From a bacterium (lineage in GTDB: Bacteria > UBA8248): a stretch of 23,692 bases of DNA. A program made the translations under genes and the position numbers. Position 1 is the stretch's first letter. Each line of letters opens with the position of its first letter. Location of the stretch: the NCBI GenBank assembly GCA_965200245.1, contig CBDATS010000013.1, positions 1 through 23,692 on the forward strand, written 5' to 3'. Below, piece by piece: positions 8,629 through 17,205 of the stretch. The notes below the pieces were generated by a model. That model searched no databases. It saw nothing but the letters and a program-made list of their open reading frames with translations, and was not told the DNA's origin.

Positions 8629-11175
8629 ATGGATACCATTTTCGATTGGCCAGGAAAGTCTGACGAACAGGGCAATGAGTATCCTGCGGTTTTGCACATG
8701 CTTGATGTTGCAGCATGCGCAGAACTACTCATCGAGGGACATACGACGTTTCGAGGACTGTCGAGCGCTCAACACCAAGCATTTGTAATCCTGGCGGCAC
8801 TCCATGACGTTGGCAAGTTATCGGAGTCCTTTCGTGCACTGATTCGCGGGAATGAAAAGGGCAACCCTTTACATTGGGAGCTTTCAGATTTCCTTCTGTG
8901 CGGAATTCTGGACAGAACGTTGTCAAAGCTCGGCACTGATGAGTGGGTGCGCGCCGAGTTGTATGCGGCCGTGGCTGGACATCATGGCAGACCGCCGACC
9001 CGAGCAGGTGGTCGGCGGCGCGAGAGGCAAAAACGCCAGCGGGCCATTGGCAGCGGTGAACATGCTGCTCAGGAGTGGGTCTCCCAACTGCTCGATTTGT
9101 TCCCTGATGCATCGCTGGAAGGCATGACGATCGACGAAGCCAAGGCGTTCAGTTGGGCGTTGAGCGGACTCACAGTTGCTGCGGATTGGATAGGATCGAA
9201 CACAAGCTGGTTCCCATTCGGGTCACGTCCTTGGCACTTCGTTGACGCGCTTGCGCAGTCGCGTCGGTTCGCTTCCAGAGCCCTAGAACGGTCAGGCCTG
9301 AATCCTCCTCGTCCGGCACCTATGGAGAGTGGTTTGTTCGCTGGGCTTACTTTGTCCGCTCTACGTCCGATGCAACAAGCTGCTATGACAGTAGAGCTGG
9401 ACAAAGGGCCTCAACTCGTCGTGCTTGAGGACTCCACCGGCACAGGCAAGACTGAAGCGGCTCTTATTCTGACCCATCGCATGATTGCGGCAGGCAAGGC
9501 ACGAGGGCTGTATTTCGCGCTCCCCACCATGGCGACCTCGGACGCTATGTTCAAACGCATGCGAAAAGCTGCAACAGCGCTGTTTGAAACCCGACCGCCA
9601 GTAGTGTTGACGCATAGCCGTGCGAAGTTGGGTGACAGTTTGCGTAAACTGCATGGTCCGTCTTCCGATCACACCCCTGAGGCTGACGGTATTGATTGGT
9701 TGACAGACAGCCGACGACGATCCTCGCTCGCTACGGTCGGAGTGGGGACGGTAGATCAGGCGCTTCTCGGCATTCTGCCCACGCGATTTTCGACGCTCAG
9801 GCTGTTCGGACTTGCCGACAAGGTGCTGATCGTTGACGAAGCGCACAGCTACGATCCCTATATGCAAGAGGAACTCAAGGCCTTGCTGCGGATGCAAGCC
9901 CGTCTCGGAGGCTCGGCCATCCTGATGACAGCGACCCTGCCGTTAACGATGCGCAGTTCGTATGTTGAAGCATTTCAGCAGGGGCTTGCAACCAATGGCC
10001 CGATAATCGACACCAAGCACTATCCCGGGCTTCATCTGATTGGGCGCAATGTCTCTAGCCACGGTGTCGAACCGTGGACCGAGAGCGTCCGAAACGTCAC
10101 AGTCAAGCGCCTGCCCCAAATGGATGACGCGGTGGAAGTGCTGACTAAGGCCGCGGTGCGTGGTGCCGCATGCGTCTGGGTGCGGAATTCGGTCGATGAC
10201 GCGATCGAGGCAGCCGAGGCGTTGCGAGAGTGTGGCATGAAAGTGGATTTGTTACACGCCCGCTTTGCTCTGCACGATCGACTGATACATGAAGAGTCTT
10301 TGGTGCACCGGTTTGGTAGGAGCGGATCGGGACGGGAAGGCTGCATTCTGGTGGCAACACAAGTCGTTGAGGCGTCACTCGACCTCGATTTCGATGTGAT
10401 GGTTTCCGACCTCGCGCCAGTCGGATCGCTGATCCAGCGTGCAGGCCGTCTTTGGCGACATATGGATGTCCGACCCCAGAGCGGACGTCCCGTTCACGGT
10501 CCCGTCTTATATGTGGTATCTCCGGACCCAGGGCAGGTTGAAGGAGAGGAGTGGCTTCAAGATGTGCTCGGCCGTGGGGCTTGGGTCTATCGTTTGGATG
10601 AACAGTGGCTGACGGCAAGAGCGGTCTTTGCCGCGAATGAAATTGCCGCGCCGCATGGTCTGCGAACCTTGATTGAGGCGGTGCATGGTAACGATCTACC
10701 AACTATTCCCAATGCACTCGTGGAAGCACAAACGAAAGCTGAGGGCAATGCATGGGCTCAGGTAGGCGTAGCACGAGGCAATTTGGTGGATCAAGAAGTC
10801 GGTTACTCTACGGGTACGCGGGGAGCGGTAAGCAACGACGCTCTGTTCCCGACCCGGCTCGGGGAACCGCAAGTTACAATGGCGCTCGCCCGACAACTCG
10901 ACGGCCATCTGATCCCGTGGACCCATAAAGACGATTCAGCGGTAGCTTGGGCATTGTCTGAGGTCTCTGCATCTCGGCGACGGTTCGAGCGCCTCTTGCC
11001 GACTCAGAAAACCACGGAAATCCTAGAGGTCAAGAAATCATGGCCAGAATGGCGGCGCGAGGCGTGCCAGATCTGCGTTGTCGATGTGGATGGCAAGATC
11101 GGGAACAAACTTCTATATGACAAATTGCACGGGTTGAGAGCCTGTCCCCTTCGTAACGGGGATGACCCGATGTGA
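8629..11175 (+). CDS. cas3: CRISPR-associated helicase/nuclease Cas3 (HD + SF2)
   Basis: HD domain motifs HMLDVAAC, LHDVGK, GHHG and AADWIGS; helicase motifs TGTGKTEA, DEAH, TATLP, HARF, ATQVVEASLDLDFD and QRAGRLWRH. The start is taken at ATG 8629 (MDTIFDWPGKS). Confidence 0.98.
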   Translation: MDTIFDWPGKSDEQGNEYPAVLHMLDVAACAELLIEGHTTFRGLSSAQHQAFVILAALHDVGKLSESFRALIRGNEKGNPLHWELSDFLLCGILDRTLSKLGTDEWVRAELYAAVAGHHGRPPTRAGGRRRERQKRQRAIGSGEHAAQEWVSQLLDLFPDASLEGMTIDEAKAFSWALSGLTVAADWIGSNTSWFPFGSRPWHFVDALAQSRRFASRALERSGLNPPRPAPMESGLFAGLTLSALRPMQQAAMTVELDKGPQLVVLEDSTGTGKTEAALILTHRMIAAGKARGLYFALPTMATSDAMFKRMRKAATALFETRPPVVLTHSRAKLGDSLRKLHGPSSDHTPEADGIDWLTDSRRRSSLATVGVGTVDQALLGILPTRFSTLRLFGLADKVLIVDEAHSYDPYMQEELKALLRMQARLGGSAILMTATLPLTMRSSYVEAFQQGLATNGPIIDTKHYPGLHLIGRNVSSHGVEPWTESVRNVTVKRLPQMDDAVEVLTKAAVRGAACVWVRNSVDDAIEAAEALRECGMKVDLLHARFALHDRLIHEESLVHRFGRSGSGREGCILVATQVVEASLDLDFDVMVSDLAPVGSLIQRAGRLWRHMDVRPQSGRPVHGPVLYVVSPDPGQVEGEEWLQDVLGRGAWVYRLDEQWLTARAVFAANEIAAPHGLRTLIEAVHGNDLPTIPNALVEAQTKAEGNAWAQVGVARGNLVDQEVGYSTGTRGAVSNDALFPTRLGEPQVTMALARQLDGHLIPWTHKDDSAVAWALSEVSASRRRFERLLPTQKTTEILEVKKSWPEWRREACQICVVDVDGKIGNKLLYDKLHGLRACPLRNGDDPM

Positions 11176-11232
11176 GCGCATTTTACGCAACGTCATCAAA
11201 TGTTAGTTACCCGCCGTTACGGGTTTCGGAGA
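11141..11232 (+). ncRNA. Degenerate repeat-spacer-repeat mini-array (putative crRNA-like regulatory RNA)
   Basis: 11141-11169 (CCTGTCCCCTTCGTAACGGGGATGACCCG) matches the array repeat at 18/29 positions and 12 of the last 13. A 34-nt spacer follows at 11170-11203. 11204-11232 matches the repeat at 13 of positions 3-20 and keeps a stem ACCCG/CGGGT. Confidence 0.65.
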
Positions 11233-11330
11233 TCGGAATCATGCGAATGCTCAAGTTGTCCCTATACGTCAGACTTGGCCAGAGGTGCCGATACGAACTG
11301 TCGCCAGCCTCGTCGCGAAGGTAGTCCTCG

Positions 11331-12836
11331 ATGGCATTGAATTTGATCTCTGACCCTTGGATTCCCGCGCTTCGCAACGGAGAGATTTCCACCATTCGAC
11401 CAGATCAGATCGCTGAGTCAGGCGTTAGCAAACTTGCGTGGCATCGGGCGGATTTCAACTTGGCCTGCCTGGAACTCCTGATCGGGCTGGTTTCCATGGC
11501 TGCTCCACCGAGGGACGATTCCGACTGGCTTGCGCGCTTTGAGGCCCCGGACCCTGAAGAAGTTCGGGAAGCTCTATCGGTGTTCGCACCCTTCTTTGAT
11601 CTGGCAGGGAACGGCGTGCGATTTCTTCAGGATGTTGAGGCCTTCGAGCGTTCGGTCGGCCCATCAGGCGTCAAGTCAGTAGATATGCTTTACATCGATT
11701 CGGCGGGTAATCAGACGGCGGCGAAAAACGCCGATCTAGTGGTCAAACGCGACCGGTTTGCCTCACTTGCTCCTGCAGAGGCAGCGATGGCGCTTTATAC
11801 GCTTCAGGCGTTTGCACCCAGCGGTGGCAGTGGAAACCGTACCTCTATGCGCGGGGGTGGTCCGCTGGTGACTCTCGTCCGGCCCCTCGACGACAGTCAC
11901 GGATCGAACTCACTGTGGCGATTCGTCTTCGCCAACGTGCTGCCCGGAGCACCGCTATCCGCCGGGAATGCCCAAGCGGCGCTACCATGGCTCCGTGCTA
12001 CGCGGACGTCGGAGAAGCAACAGACCGTTATTCCTGGAGAAGTACATCCCCTGGAGGCATTCTTCGGAATGCCCAGACGCTTGCGACTCGTGTTCGAAGA
12101 TGACCGCGTCGTCGGTGTGGTGCAAAGACCCTACGGAACGAACTATGTTGCGTGGCAGCACCCGCTGACAGCCTACTATCGAACAAATGAGGACACCCCT
12201 GAGTGGCTGCCGGTTCATCCCAAGGCGGGTCGTCTCAGCTATCGGAACTGGTTGGGCATCACCATGGATTCCGCTGGGGAACGAAACGGAACGCGGCGCA
12301 CAGCTGCGACCGTGTACGAATGTAGCAACCGTTCGAGCGCCCCAGATTTTGAACTAATGGTTGGCGGCTGGGCGATGGATAAGATGACGCCGGTTGACTT
12401 CACCCTCGACGTATATCCCGCGTTTCGGGGCCTTCGCGACGAAGGGGAAGAGCGGGTTCACCGACTGGTGGAAGCTGCAAACGCCGCGTCAGGCGCTCTT
12501 CGCAAGGCGCTTAAAGCTGCCTGTCAACTCGATGGCGTGAACGGGGATGCGGTTGTCGAAACATTCTTTGCCGAGACGGAGCAACACTTCACGCAAGCAG
12601 TTCGGCAGATAATCAATGACACTGGTTCGGATGTCGAAGAGATATGGTATCGAACCTTGCGGGAGCAGGCCATTCGCATTTTTGACTTACGGGTTATCAA
12701 CGGTCTCGCCGACCACGACATTGCTGGAATCGAAAAGCGAATTAACGCCAAGCGCCGCTTGCACGGCGCGTTGGCGAAGGGCGTTCGCAAGGCGATGAAT
12801 TTGAAAGCGCCCGACAAGAAAGGACAACCAACATGA
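11331..12836 (+). CDS. cas8e: Type I-E Cascade large subunit Cas8e (CasA/Cse1)
   Basis: Motifs NLISDPWIP, LQAFAPSGGSGNRTSMRGGGP, FFGMPRRLRL and HPLTAY; follows cas3. Confidence 0.96.
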   Translation: MALNLISDPWIPALRNGEISTIRPDQIAESGVSKLAWHRADFNLACLELLIGLVSMAAPPRDDSDWLARFEAPDPEEVREALSVFAPFFDLAGNGVRFLQDVEAFERSVGPSGVKSVDMLYIDSAGNQTAAKNADLVVKRDRFASLAPAEAAMALYTLQAFAPSGGSGNRTSMRGGGPLVTLVRPLDDSHGSNSLWRFVFANVLPGAPLSAGNAQAALPWLRATRTSEKQQTVIPGEVHPLEAFFGMPRRLRLVFEDDRVVGVVQRPYGTNYVAWQHPLTAYYRTNEDTPEWLPVHPKAGRLSYRNWLGITMDSAGERNGTRRTAATVYECSNRSSAPDFELMVGGWAMDKMTPVDFTLDVYPAFRGLRDEGEERVHRLVEAANAASGALRKALKAACQLDGVNGDAVVETFFAETEQHFTQAVRQIINDTGSDVEEIWYRTLREQAIRIFDLRVINGLADHDIAGIEKRINAKRRLHGALAKGVRKAMNLKAPDKKGQPT

Positions 12837-13354
12837 GGGACAGACCGACTGTCGGCGGAATCGTCGTCGAGTGGCACAGGTCAGTACTGAGCCATGACGA
12901 CGGTGCGACAAGGGCAACGCGAGCCCGGCTAAGGCGATGTGAATTACCTGCAGACGCCCTTATCATCGAGGCGACGCACGACCTCAACAGTCGGCTGGAA
13001 GCAACTGGGATCGTGCCATCGGCTGATCAGCTTGCCCTGCTTGCAACGACTTTTGCTCGCCTCAAAGGCACCCACGGGTATAGGCTCGCCGCCCTGTTTG
13101 GAACGAAAACACCTAAAGATGGGCCACGTCCACTTAGCGAGCTGAGATTCCAAGCGTTGATTCGCGTTCGCTCGCACCGTGAACTGATTACGCCACTTCG
13201 TCGTTCGCTCGCAGTTCTTGGTCCTGACCTCACCTGCAATGGACGAGCATTGGCTGATGATTTGTTTTGGTGGAACGACAAGGCTCGAAATAGTTGGTGC
13301 TTCCAGTATTTCGGCGCTGGTTTCGCCGCCGATACCCAAGGAGAGATTGTGTAA
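12833..13354 (+). CDS. cas11: Type I-E Cascade small subunit Cas11 (CasB/Cse2)
   Basis: Motifs RARLRRC, LSELRFQAL, LADDLFWW and a C-terminal W..QYF; ATGA overlap with cas8e. Confidence 0.93.
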   Translation: MRDRPTVGGIVVEWHRSVLSHDDGATRATRARLRRCELPADALIIEATHDLNSRLEATGIVPSADQLALLATTFARLKGTHGYRLAALFGTKTPKDGPRPLSELRFQALIRVRSHRELITPLRRSLAVLGPDLTCNGRALADDLFWWNDKARNSWCFQYFGAGFAADTQGEIV

Positions 13355-14421
13355 TGACCCGCTTTGTACAGCTTCACTTTTTAACGGTTTATCCCCCCTC
13401 GAATCCGAACCGGGATGACATGGGTCGCCCGAAGACTGCAATCTACGGTGGTGTTCATCGTCTTCGGCTATCCTCACAGTCGCTGAAACGAGCAGCTCGA
13501 TTCTCGTCCGTTATGTCCGAAGCACTGAAGGACAACATGGGCAAACGCACTCAACGCCTCGGCGACGAGGTTGTTATACATTTGCGTAAGCAGGGCGCAG
13601 ACGACAACAAAGTGCGCGAGATCGCCCGAAGGGTGGTCGAGGTGTTTGGTAAGATTGACAGCGGAACTAAGGACTCCGTCCACATCAAACAACTAGCGTT
13701 CATATCGCCAGAAGAACGGCAGGCGGCGTTTGAAATGGCCGAACGTGCACTGGGTGGTGAGCCAATAGAGAAAGAATACAAGAACCGCGTTAAAAAGATT
13801 CTACGCACATCAGACGGTGCAGTAGATCTCGCGATGTTTGGACGGATGCTAGCTGATGCACCGGAATTCAACCGCGAAGCGGCAGTGCAGGTATCGCATG
13901 CGATCACGACACATCGGGCGGAGGTGGAAGACGACTATTATACTGCCGCCGACGATCTCAAGCGGCCGTCCGAGGACGTGGGTGCGGGATTTGTTGGCGA
14001 GGCGGGGTTCGGTTCCGGCGTTTACTATTTGTATGTTTGCATCGATACCAATCAGCTAGTGGAGAATCTCGCTGGTGACCGCGTTCTGGCGCGCAAGGTC
14101 ATGGAAGTAACGACCGAGGCTTTCGCCACCGCTAGCCCCACTGGCAAGCGCAACAGCTACAACCACCACACACGGGCCTCGTATGTACGTGCCGAGGCAG
14201 GAGACCAGCAACCACGGAGTCTGGCGGCGTCATTCCTCAAGCCAGTCGAGGGAGAGGATCTTCTGCGCGAATCCATCGACAGGATTAGAAAGACTGCGTC
14301 AGCTATTGACAGTGCTTATGGCCCGTCTACTGACGGTTTGATGGAGATGGATCTGGTCGGTGAAGTCGGTACATTGAAAGAAGTCAAGGGATTCGTTGCA
14401 CGGCAGGTGGCCGATGCGTGA
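13354..14421 (+). CDS. cas7: Type I-E Cascade backbone Cas7 (CasC/Cse4)
   Basis: Motifs MTRFVQLHFLTVYPPSNPNRDDMGRPKT, SSQSLKR, VDLAMFGRM, AAVQVSHAITTH, DYYTAADD and PTGKRNSY. The start at 13354 overlaps the cas11 stop (TAATG). Confidence 0.97.
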   Translation: MTRFVQLHFLTVYPPSNPNRDDMGRPKTAIYGGVHRLRLSSQSLKRAARFSSVMSEALKDNMGKRTQRLGDEVVIHLRKQGADDNKVREIARRVVEVFGKIDSGTKDSVHIKQLAFISPEERQAAFEMAERALGGEPIEKEYKNRVKKILRTSDGAVDLAMFGRMLADAPEFNREAAVQVSHAITTHRAEVEDDYYTAADDLKRPSEDVGAGFVGEAGFGSGVYYLYVCIDTNQLVENLAGDRVLARKVMEVTTEAFATASPTGKRNSYNHHTRASYVRAEAGDQQPRSLAASFLKPVEGEDLLRESIDRIRKTASAIDSAYGPSTDGLMEMDLVGEVGTLKEVKGFVARQVADA

Positions 14422-15157
14422 GCATCTAATATTCCTTCTGGCTGCGCCGATGGCGTCCTTTGGTAGTTATGCGGGCCATAAACGTCGGGGCAGCGAACTC
14501 GTGCCTATGCGTTCTGCGGTATTGGGATTAGTTGGTGCGGCGCTCGGAATCGATCGAGCGGATAGTGGGCGCCACATGGCTCTTCGCGCATATTCCGTGG
14601 CCGTGCAACCCTTCCAGGACTCAATACCGCTCCGCGACTATCACACAGCGCAAACGGCCCCAACCGCCAAGGCCAAAGCACCACCGACCCGCAAGATTGC
14701 TCTGGAGCGTGCTGGCCGTGACGCCCACACGATCATTACGATGCGCGATTACCGTTGCGATGTGTTGGTCGGCGTAGCGCTTTGGGGCGACGGCAGGTGG
14801 ACGCTCGATAATCTGGCCAGGGACTTGCAACGACCGAGCTTCCCGCTCTACCTCGGCCGCAAGTCATGTCCTTTAGCGAGTCCCCTAAATCCTGTGATCG
14901 TGACTACGCCGGGTCCGGTCGAGGCGTTAGCCAGAATTGAGATTCCTGAATGGCTGCATAGCGGCAAACGGTTGAAAGGAGATGTAATACAGCACACCGT
15001 TTTTTCCGATCCTGTGGAAGGTGTCGATCAGCCGACATCAACCGAGCAAGTACCAGGCGAGCCGCTCGACCGTCAAGCTTGGACATTTGGCGAATGTACT
15101 CTCTGGCATTTGAGCGGCGTTCTAGGGGAACGCGAGAGCATGGGGGTCGACGCATGA
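14414..15157 (+). CDS. cas5: Type I-E Cas5 (CasD)
   Basis: Motifs LAAPMASFG, SAVLGLVGAALGIDR, LRDYHT and LYLGRKSCP; start at ATG 14414 (MREHL). Confidence 0.96.
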   Translation: MREHLIFLLAAPMASFGSYAGHKRRGSELVPMRSAVLGLVGAALGIDRADSGRHMALRAYSVAVQPFQDSIPLRDYHTAQTAPTAKAKAPPTRKIALERAGRDAHTIITMRDYRCDVLVGVALWGDGRWTLDNLARDLQRPSFPLYLGRKSCPLASPLNPVIVTTPGPVEALARIEIPEWLHSGKRLKGDVIQHTVFSDPVEGVDQPTSTEQVPGEPLDRQAWTFGECTLWHLSGVLGERESMGVDA

Positions 15158-15879
15158 CATATTACCTGACCCGTGCAGTACTTGACCGGAAAGCACCGGA
15201 ACACGCGCTCAAGTCTTTGCTGGATCCGCCGGACGGGGATGCAGTGCTCAACGCCCATCACCGGTTGATGTGGACCTTGTTTCCTGATCGATGTGCAAAA
15301 CGCGATTTCCTGTGGCGCTCGGACGAAAATGGAAAATTCCTGATTCTTTCGGCGCGGAAACCCCAGGTCTCGCGCTTGTTCAAACCGTTGGAGTCTAAGC
15401 CCTTCGCCCCGTTGTTGGCGGTCGGAGACCAGCTTGGTTTCATCCTCCGCGTAAACGCCACAAGAGACCGGCGGTCAGGACCGCAGGATGACGTCTCAAT
15501 GGGTGCACGGTCCAGACCGACCAAGAACCGTCGTGTCGATATAGTAATGCATGGAATCCAAGAGCAAGGCCTTCAAGGTGGGACTACAGGTGTCGATTCC
15601 CGCGCCGCTCGCCGTTTGGATGTTGCCGATGAAGCGGCGCGAGCGTGGATGAACAGTCAAGGCGAACAACGTGGTTTTTCGATCGTGGAATTGGCGGTGG
15701 AGGACTACCGTGTTCGCAAGTTGAAACGCCGACGCGGCGCTGACGCCACATTCGGTGTGCTTGATTTAAAGGGAATGTTGACTGTTTTCGATCCGGAGGT
15801 CTTTACAAACGCCTTGCTCGGTGGGTTTGGCCGTGCCAAGGCCTATGGTTGCGGCCTAATGTTGATACGCCGCGCCTGA
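15154..15879 (+). CDS. cas6e: Type I-E crRNA endoribonuclease Cas6e (CasE/Cse3)
   Basis: Motifs HHRLMWTLF, RDFLWR, FILRVNAT and the glycine-rich loop GFGRAKAYGCGLMLI; start at ATG 15154 (ATGA overlap with cas5). Confidence 0.96.
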   Translation: MTYYLTRAVLDRKAPEHALKSLLDPPDGDAVLNAHHRLMWTLFPDRCAKRDFLWRSDENGKFLILSARKPQVSRLFKPLESKPFAPLLAVGDQLGFILRVNATRDRRSGPQDDVSMGARSRPTKNRRVDIVMHGIQEQGLQGGTTGVDSRAARRLDVADEAARAWMNSQGEQRGFSIVELAVEDYRVRKLKRRRGADATFGVLDLKGMLTVFDPEVFTNALLGGFGRAKAYGCGLMLIRRA

Positions 15880-15895
15880 ACTACGGTTTGAGTCT

Positions 15896-17114
<1,219 letters not shown>

Positions 17115-17205
17115 TGAGCGAGTTGGTGTAGTCAGGACCTCTGAAATCTTTGGTAGAGATTGTGCATTTTGATTCTATGATATGAATCACCAGGTTACAA
17201 TAAGT
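17115..17205 (+). promoter_or_regulatory. CRISPR leader with IHF-like site and upstream motif
   Basis: AT-rich stretch. AATCACCAGGTTA (17185-17197) is one mismatch from WATCAANNNNTTR and ends 8 nt before repeat 1. TTGGTAG (17150-17156) lies about 50 nt upstream, as in E. coli-type I-E leaders. Confidence 0.8.

Noticed and set aside
8210-8732. Minus-strand ORFs of 77-168 aa between the aldolase gene and cas3
   Set aside because: They have no recognisable domain, overlap cas3 on the opposite strand and look non-coding in composition.
10556-10568. 13-nt identity (TTCAAGATGTGCT) between spacer 60 and cas3
   Set aside because: The match is PAM-distal and short with no seed match, so it is not self-targeting.
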